A stretch of DNA of 64,000 bases from Candidatus Marinacidobacterales bacterium (GCA_965237955.1 OZ250169.1:8032001-8096000); one strand, 5' to 3'; positions 21,482 through 32,922 are shown, numbered from the stretch's first letter. Made by a program: numbers and translations. The notes: generated by a model from the letters alone, not told the origin.

Positions 21482-23054
21482 GCCTGCCAGCGCCCACTCC
21501 GTGAATGGGCTCGGTTAGCAGCAAGCTGCTCTCCGACACTGGCCTCCACCAATCAGCCTCAAACTGGCCCCAATTCCCTGTCATGGTTTCCAGACTCGGA
21601 TAGCTCCTTGTACTGGACCGTCTGCGGAGTCATCTTCGTTTCCTCCGTAAAACTCCGCTGGATGAATTCGAGGTTTGGCCAATTCGAATTCCGCTATTCG
21701 CCTTCTCCTCAGGCGCGATCTAGGCGTTAAGCGTCTTCTCATTGTCTGCGCGATTAAGCGCAAAAACGTCCCGATAAGCCCCAAAATCGCCCCAAACTGC
21801 ACGTTAATGGCCTGTTGTGCTCTGTTTCTGATCGTTTCCAGCCAAGAATCGGAAGCTCCACTCAAGCCTCCCGACTGCGATAGCCGGAAAGATGTTCCCG
21901 TCGACGAATATTCGCTGATGAGACGTAAAGCTTTTTATAACAATGAGTAACGGCCGGCGGTGGCGCCGGAGGGTTCACGACACGACCTTCTTTCAGGCGT
22001 CCGGGAGATTGAAATTGCCGTATAGAAAATCTTACTAAAGCCAATTAAAATCCCGGCTCGAACGACCACCCGTCGATAATGCGTGCGGGGACCAGCACGT
22101 GACGGAGGCCGTTAAATCACTGTAGGGGAAGAGGATGGAACGAAATGGGCAGCATGGTTGAAACCCGAGAGGGCGTAAAACAGCCTTCTCCCAAAACCTG
22201 TGTACGCGTCAAGAAAGTCAAGAAATGCGCGAAACTCGAAACCTCCTAAATCTCCACTTATTTTTCTCTTTGAGGATTTCCGCCAAAAGCTGGACCGCCT
22301 TTTGCCGAGACCGGATAGCTCCAAACTGCACCATCCGCCACCCAGTCTGGCCAATTGCGGCCCCGCAGAGACGGGTGGGATTTCCCGCGCGGTTGGCGGG
22401 GTTTTGCAGAGGTAGGTGGCACCAGAGACGCGCTATAAGGGCTGAACAGGCCTCATTTTCGGTATTGGTCTCTAATCTCGATTTTCGAGTGCCACGTTTG
22501 CGCTAAAGGGGAGAACGGGCGCTGACCGGGCCGTGCGGCGGCGGAAAAGAGGCCACCCGAGAAGCCCAGAATCGAAGCCGGGGATACCGCAGCGTAGCTC
22601 GCCTAGCACGTTCTGGTCCAGGTGCGGCCCTGGCCTACTGGATTTCCATCTTGTCCCAGGCCCGGATCCAGGGTCTTCGCCCGGGAGCATGGCATCCCGT
22701 TTCTGGACGTTGTTTCCCAGTACGGGGGAACCCGAATTGCTTGCCGCAATGTCACCCTTCTAGGGCATTGGTGTCACCTCGTTCGAATAGGCGAGGATTT
22801 CCACAACCGCCTAGGGGTCAGCCCTGGCGTTCAGAACAATAGGCCAGAGATTCGGAAACGGTTGCAAGAGCGAGCACTGGTAATGTCCTAAGATTCTTGT
22901 CAAAGAAAAACGATGTATGGTTCCCAGGTCTCACAACCCTCCCCGGAATGGGGACAGAAACGGAGAACCATACATCATGGGGAAAGTACTACCGAGTCAG
23001 CGATTGCTCAAGCAGTTCGAGGAACGACTGGTTTACCCATCAATGTAAAGTAGT

Positions 23055-24548
23055 CTACAACGCTGGCTTGCGTTCAATCTTGAAGGTGAAAGCATGCTCG
23101 CAAGGCTTTTTGTCCGGGGTTTTGATTGTAAGGCCGTCTTCAGTCATCGTCCATTCCAGTTCTTCATCAACACCAAGCATCTTTATGGATTCGATCTCCG
23201 ATTCATATAATCTAAATTCTGCGCCAGGAGGTAATCCAACGCCAGCCAGGAATTTAATGGTAACCTCATCTCCTGGCCAATCGAGACTAATCGCATAGAT
23301 GACGTTATCCTTGACCGTAAACCTGATATCCTGAGCTGTATATAGGGGTTTCTTCCCCTCCCCGAGACCAGAATCACTTACCTTTGTAGGACCTTCTCCA
23401 TGTCTTATCCAAGCCGTGGTACCATAAATCGCTTCGCCGTTTACCTTCAGCCATTCGCCCAACCCCAGCAGACTTTTCTTGGCCTCTTCAGGGATCGTTC
23501 CATCAGGTTTGGGACCAACATTGAGTAAAACAAACCCATTCTTGCTGACTCTATCCACCAGAAGATCCACCAGCCTATTTACCGGTTTGAAGTTTGAGTC
23601 CTCAACCCAAGACCATGCGCCCTGGTCATCTACAGAGGGATCCGACATCCACATGTGATATGTCACCTGGGTTTTTCCCCCTGAGTTCTCGATACCAACG
23701 CCGGGCGGAAAATCATGAACTTTGTATGACAGTAAAACTTCCTTGCCGCGTTCAACGGATTTGTTGTAGTAATAGGCCAGAAAGTTCTTTTGATAAACAT
23801 CTTTCCTTACTCCATCCAGAGGAGAGTCAAACCATATAAAGTCGGGATCATATTTATCTACAACTTCTATTATTTTCCCGTACCATTCATCTAAGTACTC
23901 CTCGTTGGGCTCTTCTCCCCTCTCGTGTATCTGGCCGTATAATCCCGAATACTTCGGATCGGAACAGTCGAATCTCTCGTCCCATACCGGAAACTTGTAC
24001 CATTTCGAGGAATGGTGGAATGTCGTTACGAATTTCATGTTGCGTTTTTTTATGGCTTTTTCTAACTCCCCGACGACATCTCTTTTCGGTCCCATCTTCG
24101 CAGCATTCCATTCTGAGTACTCGGTATCCCACATTGCGAAGCCATCTTGATGCTCTGCGACTGGACCGGCGAATTTTGCGCCAGCCTTTTCGAAAAGCTC
24201 TGCCCATTCGTCAGCATCGAACTTCTCTGCCTTAAACATAGGTATAAATTCCTTGTATCCGAATTCCGAGAGAGAACCATATGTTTCTACATGGTGTTTA
24301 TGCTGTTTGGAATCTTCACGATACATTTCACCGGGATACGATGTACCATCGGGACCCCCCATGGCTGGTACCGAATAAACTCCCCAATGTGTATAAATTC
24401 CAAACTTGCCATCTTTTACCCACTGCGGGACTGGATAGCGTTTTAGAGATCTCCAGGTAGGTTCATAGGTTTCCTCGGCCAATAACAAACCTGTCGCCAT
24501 TATCACTACAGCCAATACCGCTGCCGATACAATCGACTTTCTTAACAT
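23055..24548 (-). CDS. Alpha-L-fucosidase (GH29), secreted
   Basis: KFGIY.HWG.YSVP, EHQDGF..W, PDFIWFD, LLNVGP..DG; visibly lower GC than flanks. Confidence 0.92.
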   Translation of the reverse strand: MLRKSIVSAAVLAVVIMATGLLLAEETYEPTWRSLKRYPVPQWVKDGKFGIYTHWGVYSVPAMGGPDGTSYPGEMYREDSKQHKHHVETYGSLSEFGYKEFIPMFKAEKFDADEWAELFEKAGAKFAGPVAEHQDGFAMWDTEYSEWNAAKMGPKRDVVGELEKAIKKRNMKFVTTFHHSSKWYKFPVWDERFDCSDPKYSGLYGQIHERGEEPNEEYLDEWYGKIIEVVDKYDPDFIWFDSPLDGVRKDVYQKNFLAYYYNKSVERGKEVLLSYKVHDFPPGVGIENSGGKTQVTYHMWMSDPSVDDQGAWSWVEDSNFKPVNRLVDLLVDRVSKNGFVLLNVGPKPDGTIPEEAKKSLLGLGEWLKVNGEAIYGTTAWIRHGEGPTKVSDSGLGEGKKPLYTAQDIRFTVKDNVIYAISLDWPGDEVTIKFLAGVGLPPGAEFRLYESEIESIKMLGVDEELEWTMTEDGLTIKTPDKKPCEHAFTFKIERKPAL

Positions 24549-24744
24549 TTCTTCCTCCTATTTGTTTCAGATTAAGGTATCAATGGATTGAATTAAACTT
24601 ATTTCATGCTTTTAACAATGTTAAGGATAGGAAATTTCATGGCCCATTGAGAAGCGTGTTCCTCCAATTTCCTCGGCTTGCATGCGGCTCAGCGAGTCTA
24701 TTGAAGCTCGCTGAGGATATCAGGTCGTAGGGATCTTTGAAGCC

Positions 24745-25368
24745 CGTAGTGTGCCAAAACTCAACCGGCGCGAAGCAGAGTGGCGTTGGGTGACGTTTTC
24801 TAAGAGCAAGAGTAGTGCCAGTGCTCCGCGCGGCTAGAATGCGGTCTATGCAGTCCCACCTATGGCAGCTCCTCGCGTTGACCTTCGCAGGGTGAGTCAA
24901 CCGGTCCCAGCAGGATGTAATCGAATACCTGAAGGAAGAGAATCGAGTGCTCCGGGAGCAGCTCGGTGCTCGTCGCATACGTTTCACGGATGATCAGCGT
25001 CGGCGCCTGGCAGCGAAGGCGAAGGCCATGTGCCGGGACAACCTGAAGGAAATCGCGGACCTCGTGACACCTGACACATTGTTGCGCTGGTACAGAGAGC
25101 TCATTGCAACAAAGTACGATGGGAGCCAGCGCCGCGGTCCAGGGCGACCTCGCGTGATGGAAACGATACGTGAGCTCGTGCTCACGATGGCGAAGGAAAA
25201 CTCAAGCTGGGGATATACGAGAATTTGTGGGGCTCTCGCCAACATGGGCCATGAGGTCGGCAGAAACACCGTGAAACGTATCCTCGCGGAACACGGTATC
25301 GAGCCCGCACCCGTGAGGGACAAACGCACTCCCTGGAGCACCTTTCTGAAAGCCCATTGGGGAGCTAT
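24745..25368 (+). mobile_element. Third subfamily (CGTAG end) of the integrase-core element; pseudogene truncated by IS21
   Basis: CGTAGTGTGCCAAAACT end; [27 protein letters not shown]; internal TGA near 24893. Confidence 0.82.
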
Positions 25369-27692
25369 TGCGTATTCCGGGGCATCGTGAACGCAGATTC
25401 CAGCCGAAGGTGAACATCCATTCCAAAGCATCGTGAACACGGATTCCAGGCAACGTGAACGCCGGTTCCGGCATCGCGAACGCTCATCGATAGCACGTTT
25501 CAAGGCAACTCTAGGTCGTACCCGGAAGGAGGACGATCTAGGAAATGGCAGCTAAGAGGGTATCGATGAGAAAAATACGAGAGGTTCTAAGGTTAAAGTA
25601 CGAGCTGGGTTTTACTCACCGCATGATCGCAAAGGCACTTCGCGTGGCGGTTGGAACGGTGAGTGAGTACCTGGCCAAGGCGAAGAAGGGTGGTCTGAGC
25701 TGGCCGCTCCCGGAGGAGCTGAGCGACGGGGAGCTGGAGGCAGGGCTGTTTCCGCCGCCGGGCTCGTCTGGCGCACGGCCGGGTCTGGACTATGCCCACA
25801 TCCACGAGGAGCTGAGGCGTCACCGAGAGCTGACGTTGCTGCAGCTGTGGGTGGAGTACGCGGAGAATAAGCCGGGAGCGTACGGCTACAGCCGTTATTG
25901 CGAGCTGTACGGTCAGTGGAAGAAGAAGCTGAACCCGACGATGCGTCAACGGCATCGAGCAGGCGAGAAGACATTCGTCGATTTTTCGGGGAAGAAGCCT
26001 CACATCGTCGATCCGAAAACGGGAGAGCTCGTCGAAATGGAGCTGTTCGTCGGGACGTTGGGCGCGAGCAGTTACACCTACGTCGAAGCGACACTGAACC
26101 AGTCGCTGGAATCGTGGGCGAAGGCCCATAAGGGGATGTCGGATTACTTCGGTGGCAGTACGGAGATCTGGGTTCCGGACAACTTGAAGAGCGGCGTGGA
26201 TTTGGTGGACCGTTACGAGCCAGGGATCAACCGGACGTACGAAGAGCTGGCGACGCATTACGGTGCGGTTGTGGTCCCGGCTCGGGTGTTCAAGCCGAAA
26301 GACAAAGCGAAGGTGGAGTCGGCAGTGCAGGTGGCGCAGCGCTGGATCCTGGCGGTGCTTCGTCATCGCACGTTCTTCAGCCTGGCGGAACTGAACGAAG
26401 CCATCTGGGAGAAGTTAGAGGTCCTGAATGCGCGTCCGATGCAGAAGCTCGGTGTGAGTCGGCGGGAGTTGTACGAAAGGCTAGACCGGCCCGTACTGAA
26501 ACCGCTACCGCAGGAGAGCTACGAGTTATCGACGTGGAAGCGGTGCAGAGTGAACATCGACTACCACGTGGAGGTGGAGAACAACTTGTACAGCGTTCCC
26601 TATCAGCTCATTCACGAGAAAGTCGAGGCACGGGTGACGGCCTCGGTGGTGGAGGTCCTGTTCAAGGGAAAGCGCGTCGCGTCGCATCCCCGCAAGAAAG
26701 GAAAGGGGCACTACTCCACGAACCCGGAGCATATGCCACGTTCGCATCGGGAGCACCTGGAGTGGACGCCGTCGCGGCTGCTCCACTGGGCGGAGCAGTC
26801 AGGTCGCGCCACGGGAAGGCTGGTTGCGGGGATTCTAGAGAGTCGGCCTCACCCGGAGCAGGGATTTCGCTCTTGCCTGGGAGTCATGCGACTAGGCAGC
26901 CGCTGGGGCAGTGAGCGTCTCGAGGCCGCTTGCGCACGAGCGGAAGCTTTGAGCTCTTACAGCTATCGCACGGTGAAAAACATTCTCTCGGCTGGTCTGG
27001 ATCGTGTGGTGCTCGAATCGGACGCCGAAGCGAAACCGCGAGAGGAGCACGAGAACATCCGAGGCGCGGATCACTACGAAGGAGGAGAGTCCCGATGCTG
27101 ACACCCGAAACGATAGAAAAGATGAACGCCATGAAGTTGTTCGGCTTGGTGTCCGCGTTCGAAACCCAGTTGAGCTCGAGCGAATACAAGGAGCTGAGCT
27201 TCGAGGAACGTGTGGGACTCCTGGTCGATGCCGAGTGGACCGCCCGCGAACAGCGTAAGCTTTCTCGACGACTGCGAGCGGCAAAGCTCCGCTATCCGGC
27301 ATGTTTGGAGAACGTGAACTTCCAAGCGCCTCGAGGCTTAAACCGCGAACAGATCTTGAGCCTGGGCAACTGCCGCTTTGTCGGTGAGCGCCATAACCTG
27401 CTCATCACCGGCCCGACGGGGATTGGCAAATCGTTCTTGGCTTGCGCCTTCGTGGAGCGGGCCTGTCGTCGCGGCTTCACCGGATGCTACGTGCGAGCAC
27501 CGCGCTTGCTCCACGAGCTCGCGGTCGCTCGTGGTGATGGTTCCTACGCCCGGCTTTTGACGAAACTCGCCAAGCTGGACTTACTGGCTATCGATGATTG
27601 GCTGCTTCACCCGCTGAAAGAATCGGAGAGACGGGATCTAATGGAGGTCATCGAAGACCGCGCCGAGCGTGGCTCCACACTCATCGCGACCC
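25369..27692 (+). mobile_element. IS21 copy 2; istB (from 27095) truncated by a CGTCC-type element
   Basis: Near-identical to copy 1; two left subterminal repeats missing. Confidence 0.92.
25545..27101 (+). CDS. istA: IS21 transposase
   Basis: Near-identical to 11117-12673. Confidence 0.92.
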   Translation: MAAKRVSMRKIREVLRLKYELGFTHRMIAKALRVAVGTVSEYLAKAKKGGLSWPLPEELSDGELEAGLFPPPGSSGARPGLDYAHIHEELRRHRELTLLQLWVEYAENKPGAYGYSRYCELYGQWKKKLNPTMRQRHRAGEKTFVDFSGKKPHIVDPKTGELVEMELFVGTLGASSYTYVEATLNQSLESWAKAHKGMSDYFGGSTEIWVPDNLKSGVDLVDRYEPGINRTYEELATHYGAVVVPARVFKPKDKAKVESAVQVAQRWILAVLRHRTFFSLAELNEAIWEKLEVLNARPMQKLGVSRRELYERLDRPVLKPLPQESYELSTWKRCRVNIDYHVEVENNLYSVPYQLIHEKVEARVTASVVEVLFKGKRVASHPRKKGKGHYSTNPEHMPRSHREHLEWTPSRLLHWAEQSGRATGRLVAGILESRPHPEQGFRSCLGVMRLGSRWGSERLEAACARAEALSSYSYRTVKNILSAGLDRVVLESDAEAKPREEHENIRGADHYEGGESRC

Positions 27693-29120
27693 CGTCCTGT
27701 GCCAAAACTCGGCCCTTTTGAAATAGGCCATAAATCAGCAGCTTAGTGTCTGTGTTTGCGCCGGGGCCAAGGGCCGTAGGCTTTACAATCGTCTGGCCCG
27801 AGGGTGTTATCTTCAGATCCATGATGACGTACCACGTGCAATTCCTACTGCTCGTTCTAGCTGGCTGGGTCAACCGCCAGCAGCAGGATGTGATCGACTA
27901 CCTGCAAGAGGAGAACCGTGTGCTCCGAGCCGGGCTTCGGGGCAAGCGTCTCAGTCTCTCGGACGACGACCGGCGCAGGCTCGCGGTCAAGGCCCAGGCT
28001 TTGGGCCGCGAGGCGCTGGCCCAGATTGCGTCCGTTGCCACACCCGCTACGCTTCTGCGCTGGTACCGCCACCTCATTGCAGCCAAGTACGATGGCAGCA
28101 AGAACCGGAGTCCAGGCCGACCTCCGACGGCGAAGGACATCCGTGAGCTCATTGTGCGCGTGGCGCGGGAGAACCCGACGTGGGGATATACGCGCCTGCG
28201 AGGCGCACTCAAGAACCTAGGACATGAACTCGGACGCAACACTATCAAGAGGATCCTCGCCGAGCACGGTATCGCGCCTGCGCCGGAGCGGGGCAGGAGC
28301 ATGTCGTGGAGCACCTTCATCAAGGCTCATTGGGGCGCCATCGCTGCGACAGACCTGTTCGCCGTCGAGGTTGTGAACCCGTTCGGGCTCGTCCGCTACC
28401 ATGTCCTGTTTGTCATCGATATCGCCACTCGCTGCGTGTGCATCGGTGGGATAACGTCGGACCCCAACGGGGAGTGGATGAAGCAGGTGGCAAGAAACCT
28501 CACTGACATGTGGGATGGTTTCCTCCTTGGCAAGCGATACCTCATCCACGACCGGGACCCGCTATTCACCGAGGCGGTACGTGGGCTGTTGAGAGATTCA
28601 GGCGTGAAGCCCCTGCGCCTTCCAGCCAATAGTCCAAATCTGAACGCATACGCGGAAAGATTCGTTCTCTCCATACGTCGAGAGTGTCTCGACCGCTTCG
28701 TACCTCTCAGTGAGCGACACCTGCGCACAGCGGTAACCGAATACGTAGTGCACTATCACACAGAACGGAACCACCAAGGTCTCGGCAACGAGCTCCTCAC
28801 ACCTCTGCCGGCAAGCGCGAATGACGCTGGCCCCATCGTGTCGCGAGAGCGACTTGGGGGCATTCTCAACTACTACTGCCGTGCCGCGTAGATGGTCGCC
28901 GGCGACGGTAGCCCCTCGGCGGGATCGACCGGCGTAGCGTGGAAACAGCTTCAGGAACACGCTTCGATATTCGCTCTCGACTAGGTGGTCATCTGCATGG
29001 TGACGACCCGCCCGCCCAAGACGATTGTAAAGCCCACGGCCCTTGACCCGGTCGCAAACACAGACACTAAGTTGCTGATTTATGGCCTATTTCAAAAGGG
29101 CCGAGTTTTGGCACAGGACG
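27693..29120 (+). mobile_element. Complete CGTCC-type integrase-core IS with about 100-bp inverted repeats, no TSD
   Basis: 27693-27792 is the near-perfect inverse of 29021-29120; flanks are GACCC and GGGTC. Confidence 0.88.
27821..28891 (+). CDS. Integrase-core (rve) DDE transposase, IS481-like/unclassified
   Basis: ATDLF, IHDRD, NAYAERF triad; WGYTR HTH; R.HQGL. Confidence 0.88.
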   Translation: MMTYHVQFLLLVLAGWVNRQQQDVIDYLQEENRVLRAGLRGKRLSLSDDDRRRLAVKAQALGREALAQIASVATPATLLRWYRHLIAAKYDGSKNRSPGRPPTAKDIRELIVRVARENPTWGYTRLRGALKNLGHELGRNTIKRILAEHGIAPAPERGRSMSWSTFIKAHWGAIAATDLFAVEVVNPFGLVRYHVLFVIDIATRCVCIGGITSDPNGEWMKQVARNLTDMWDGFLLGKRYLIHDRDPLFTEAVRGLLRDSGVKPLRLPANSPNLNAYAERFVLSIRRECLDRFVPLSERHLRTAVTEYVVHYHTERNHQGLGNELLTPLPASANDAGPIVSRERLGGILNYYCRAA

Positions 29121-29265
29121 GGGTCCGTCTCCTCTAGATCCGGCGCGTAAAAGGATCGACAGGCGTTTGCCACGAACGCGTCAAAGCCATCGGCATCGAG
29201 CAAGGCGTTCAAGCGCGTGTAGAAAGGATGCCCCGGCGAAACCGGCAGATCAGACGCGGCGATCC
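29121..29265 (-). pseudogene. IS5/IS1182-like transposase N-terminal fragment
   Basis: DLPVSPGHPFYTRLN.LL...GFDAFV..C..FYA. Confidence 0.6.
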
Positions 29266-29426
29266 CGTCCTGTCCGAAAACGCGAACGGAGCGGCAAGGT
29301 CGAATCCTAGAGGCGTTCTCAAAACTCGCGGAGACCAGCCGACGCGGTACTGGCTCTGCGATAGGCGACCCCGAGCAGACCTCTCCTGCAGACCATCCGT
29401 TCCGTCCAACTGGCGCGCCCGAACTC

Positions 29427-30509
29427 CTATGCGGCGTCGCGGTGGTAATAGCTGAGCAAGCCGCCCAATCGCTTACGACATCGCACCTTCCCGTGAGGAC
29501 TGCCGACGCATTCTTCCGCTTCGAGCAACGCGTTCCCGAGCCCTTGATGGTTGCGCTCTCCGTGATAATGATGGATGAACTCAGCGACGGCACGGCGCAG
29601 CGATTGCTCACTGAAGAAGATCATCCGCTCCAAGCACTCGCTCTTGATCGACAAAACAAACCTTTCGACGTAAGCGTTCAGATTCGGCGAACGGTGCGGC
29701 AGCCGCATGACGTCCGTTCCGGCGTGCTCGAGCAAATCGCGAAACTCCGTGGTGAACTTCTTGTCGCGGTCCAAGATGAGGAATCGCTTGCCGCGCAGAA
29801 AGCCGTCGAATGGGTCGGTGAGATTCCGACCGACCTGCATCATGAACGGGCCAACCGGCCCCGGAGTGATTCCGGCGATGTGTACTTTTCGCGAAGACAG
29901 CTCGATGACGACGAGCACATAGTAGGTCACGAGCCTGCAAACTGTGGCGACCTCGACGGTGAAGAAGTCGGTCGCAGCAACGGTTTCCCAATGGGCGGCG
30001 AGAAACGTGCGCCATGGCGTTCGCTCACTTCGCTCCGGCGCGGGCTCGATGCCATGTTCTCGCAGAATATTGGCGATGGTGCTCCTGGCTACCGTATGGC
30101 CGAGATTCGAGAGGGCGCCGCGAATGCGTGTATACCCCCACCTCGGATTCGACTTCGCCATCCCTACGACAAGCTTGCTAATCTCGGCCATGACCCGGGG
30201 CCGTCCAGGCTGTTTCCGCCGCTCGCTGTAGTCCCACTTCCCCGCAATCAGCCTTCGGTGCCAAGCCAGCAGGGTTTCCGGTGTGACGATACCGGCGACT
30301 TCTGCCAAGAGTTTCCGACCAAGCGCCTTACCCTTTACCGCGAGCCGACGTCGCTCGTCGTCTGTGAGACGAAGCTTCCTCCCGCAAAGCCGAGCTTTGA
30401 GGACTTTGTTCTCCTCGAGCAAGTAGAAAATAGCGGCCTGTTGGTCACGCTGGAGCCAACCAGCGACGGCGACGACCAACAAGGTCAAGGGCTGGACCGG
30501 CGTGCTCAT
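29427..30509 (-). CDS. Integrase-core DDE transposase
   Basis: ATDFF, ILDRD, NAYVERF; paralog of 27821-28891. Confidence 0.88.
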   Translation of the reverse strand: MSTPVQPLTLLVVAVAGWLQRDQQAAIFYLLEENKVLKARLCGRKLRLTDDERRRLAVKGKALGRKLLAEVAGIVTPETLLAWHRRLIAGKWDYSERRKQPGRPRVMAEISKLVVGMAKSNPRWGYTRIRGALSNLGHTVARSTIANILREHGIEPAPERSERTPWRTFLAAHWETVAATDFFTVEVATVCRLVTYYVLVVIELSSRKVHIAGITPGPVGPFMMQVGRNLTDPFDGFLRGKRFLILDRDKKFTTEFRDLLEHAGTDVMRLPHRSPNLNAYVERFVLSIKSECLERMIFFSEQSLRRAVAEFIHHYHGERNHQGLGNALLEAEECVGSPHGKVRCRKRLGGLLSYYHRDAA

Positions 30510-30548
30510 GACTGAGGATTCTAGCTCCCATTGGCCAACCAAGCCTAG

Positions 30549-30673
30549 TCCCCTGGATCTTTGATTACTATACAAAGTTAGGCTTTTCGCCAGCCCATAA
30601 GATTCATAAGATTCATGCACTTAGAATGGTTTCGGCAAGCTCTGCTTTATCTAGTTTGTTCTGATACAGGGGA
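30549..30673. mobile_element. 125-bp CTAG MITE, copy 2
   Basis: Near-identical to 8062-8186; empty allele AAGCCTAGACAC at 16831. Confidence 0.9.
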
Positions 30674-30987
30674 CTAGACACGTTTATTACCAAACGTCCC
30701 GGCGAGCTCGTCTTGAGTTCGTTTGTATTTTTGGACACGACGCCTTCGCTGCGCGCTAAACGGAGTGTAAGCGCCTCTTTTGCAAAGGGATGCGCACACA
30801 TCACCAACAGTAAATGGCGCAAGCACCGCACAGGACGGCGTCGAAGACGAGTTCGCAGGGCGGCGCTCTCATGGCTGTCTGCCCGTCGATACGCGATCTT
30901 TTTTTTCGGATCACAGGCGGATTACACGGACACGAACGGGACGCCGACCAGTAGTTTTCCGCTCAATCTTAATCTCAATCAGACCCT

Positions 30988-31941
30988 CTAGAAAAGGTAC
31001 TTTAAGTTCAGGCCGACGCCGAACATTTGGATGTCGCCGACCTCAAGGCCGCCCGACACAGGCTCGCTGCCATCCCTGCGAAGATTGGGCGGGTGGCTGC
31101 GCAGTGGATCCCAGACAATACTGTCGTCGTTTCGAAAAGAATGAAAGTTAACCCAGCGTCCCTTAACCCCGAGCAGTAATGCCTCCGTGAGCGCGTAGTC
31201 CACACCAAATAATACCTGGTAGCCGAACAGCGTATCGCTGAGCACGGTCTGTGCGCTGCTAGTCGATCCGGCAAGGGTCTGACGGATCTGCTCCACATTG
31301 TCTAGCCCCTCCCCGGTCGTGATCGCATTCGCATCAAGGTTCCTCTGCCACAGGGAACCATAATCCATATTGGTAAACCCGGTGCCCACACCAACCCCGA
31401 CATACGGCGTAAGCCGGCTAGCGTTCTTAAAATCGAAATACAGGTTGGCAAACAAGTTGTGCGAGGTAAGGCTGCCGATGCGGTCTGTGGCTACCTGGAG
31501 TTCCTGGGCGAGCTTGTCACCGGAGGCTCCAGTGGCCCCGGGAATATCGGAAGTTTGGTCATGGCCGGTGTCACGGTAGAAGTATTCCAGTTCAAAACGG
31601 AAGGAGTTATCCGCGAAGCGATAGCCGAGCGCCATACCGAACAGAGGGCCCTTGGCGGAATCGAATGCGTTTTGCCAATCGTCACCCTGACCGCGATTTG
31701 CGCCGGTGCAGTTGTAGTTCTCGTACCCCAGAGTGCCCATGACTGTATCGAACGCAGGGTTGATGTATTCGTCACACACACTCGCCCGGTCGTTGCTGAA
31801 TCCGACCATATCCAACGACGAGCCGAAATTCGCTCCCCACTCGCTGCCGAAATAGAACCCCGATTGGGCGTGCGCCGGGGTGCCTATCCAGAATGTAATG
31901 AAGATAACTATCAAAATTACGGACTGGAAAAACTTGTTCAT
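30988..31941 (-). CDS. Outer-membrane beta-barrel protein (opacity/Msp2-like)
   Basis: Signal peptide, FRFELEY, NLYFDF, PYVGVGVG, terminal LKYLF. Confidence 0.82.
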   Translation of the reverse strand: MNKFFQSVILIVIFITFWIGTPAHAQSGFYFGSEWGANFGSSLDMVGFSNDRASVCDEYINPAFDTVMGTLGYENYNCTGANRGQGDDWQNAFDSAKGPLFGMALGYRFADNSFRFELEYFYRDTGHDQTSDIPGATGASGDKLAQELQVATDRIGSLTSHNLFANLYFDFKNASRLTPYVGVGVGTGFTNMDYGSLWQRNLDANAITTGEGLDNVEQIRQTLAGSTSSAQTVLSDTLFGYQVLFGVDYALTEALLLGVKGRWVNFHSFRNDDSIVWDPLRSHPPNLRRDGSEPVSGGLEVGDIQMFGVGLNLKYLF

Positions 31942-31995
31942 GAAGTCCCTCTCACTTTTGTCGAAATACTCATGCGTACATTGTACCGCGCCCGG

Positions 31996-32345
31996 TGATC
32001 CGCTCCGGGTTTTCCGGAGGCTCTATTTCTTGAGAGGATGGGAGTCATTATGGGAAGATCAACGCGATATTCTTCAGAAGTTCGTGAGCGTGCCGTCGGG
32101 ATGGTGTTGGAGCATCGGGACGAGTACGAATCGCAATGGGCGTCGCTGACGTCGATTGCCTCGAAGACCGGGTATGCAAGCGGCTTATTCTCAGCTTGTC
32201 TGCCAGGGCTGCCTTCGTCAATCCCTCCTGCAAATGCTCTCGCAGCAACACTCGTTTCTCCCTTCCGTACATGGGTCGCCTCCGCTCTTGAGGGACTACT
32301 TTGTCTGAAGGGCCGCAGTCCTCGTGAGATCAAAATACTCATGCG
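31996..32345. mobile_element. IS3 left end/orfA fragment (+) fused to an IS21-like istA N-terminal fragment (-)
   Basis: TGATCCGCTCCGGG IR, RYSSEVRERAV.MV; MYGREKRVLLREHL..GL.K HTH. Confidence 0.65.
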
Positions 32346-32553
32346 CCTTCTGTCCAAAAACACAAACGAACTCAAGACTGGCGCGCCGGGACGTTTCGGA
32401 TCAGAGACGTCTGAGGCTTGGTTGGCCAATGGAAGCTAGAATCCTCGGTCATGAGGAGGCAGAGCCAGCCCTGAACCTTGTTGGTCGTCGCCATCGCTGG
32501 CTGGCTCCAGCGTGACCAACAGGCCGCTATCGTTTGTGTTTTTGGACACGACG
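32346..32553 (+). mobile_element. About 200-bp mini-derivative of the CGTCG-type element
   Basis: TGTCCAAAAACACAAACG at both ends, inverted, enclosing the transposase start. Confidence 0.75.
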
Positions 32554-32869
32554 GCGTCAGCACGCGGGCGTCGACACCGAAACGCCGGTAGTTGTGATAG
32601 GTGGCCGTGCATCAAGCGGTCGTCGCCCGTCGCCGTAGGCCTCTCTCATCTCGACGGGGGACCCACACCCCCAGCCGCTCGTCGAGCGCATAGCTAACCG
32701 CGACGTTGATATCGATCTTCCGGTTGTCCCGCTCCAGCTCGGCCCCGCGCCGGTATGTGTCCGGTCTTCGCCGCCACCGTATTCCCCTCTCATGGCAGAT
32801 CTAAACCGCGCAATCGATGCTGGATCGACTTTTTGCGGAGCACAACTCCCACAGGAAACGGGGAGAAAC

Positions 32870-32916
32870 AGATAGGCCGCGCCTACGGAGCACCGCGCCA
32901 GCCCTCGACCCTACCG
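32870..32916. repeat. 47-bp dispersed REP-like repeat
   Basis: Recurs at 57906-57952 with 3 mismatches. Confidence 0.6.
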
Positions 32917-32922
32917 GGAACG

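Larger units (their letters stand above)
19183..21805 (+). mobile_element. DUF2924 + large serine recombinase unit, copy 1
   Basis: Near-identical to 35619-38303 and 50944-53399; begins at a CGTCC-type end; right boundary unknown. Confidence 0.8.
29266..30742 (-). mobile_element. Complete CGTCG-type integrase-core IS (MITE in its leader), no TSD
   Basis: Ends CGTCGTGTCCAAAAA and CGTCCTGTCCGAAAA. Confidence 0.88.

Noticed and set aside
22930-23040. Possible IS256 N-terminal remnant (MGKVLPSQRLLKQFEERL)
   Set aside because: Only about 18 codons and no recognisable IR.
29427-30620. 397-aa transposase start inside the MITE
   Set aside because: The extension is created by the MITE; other copies begin at MSTP.
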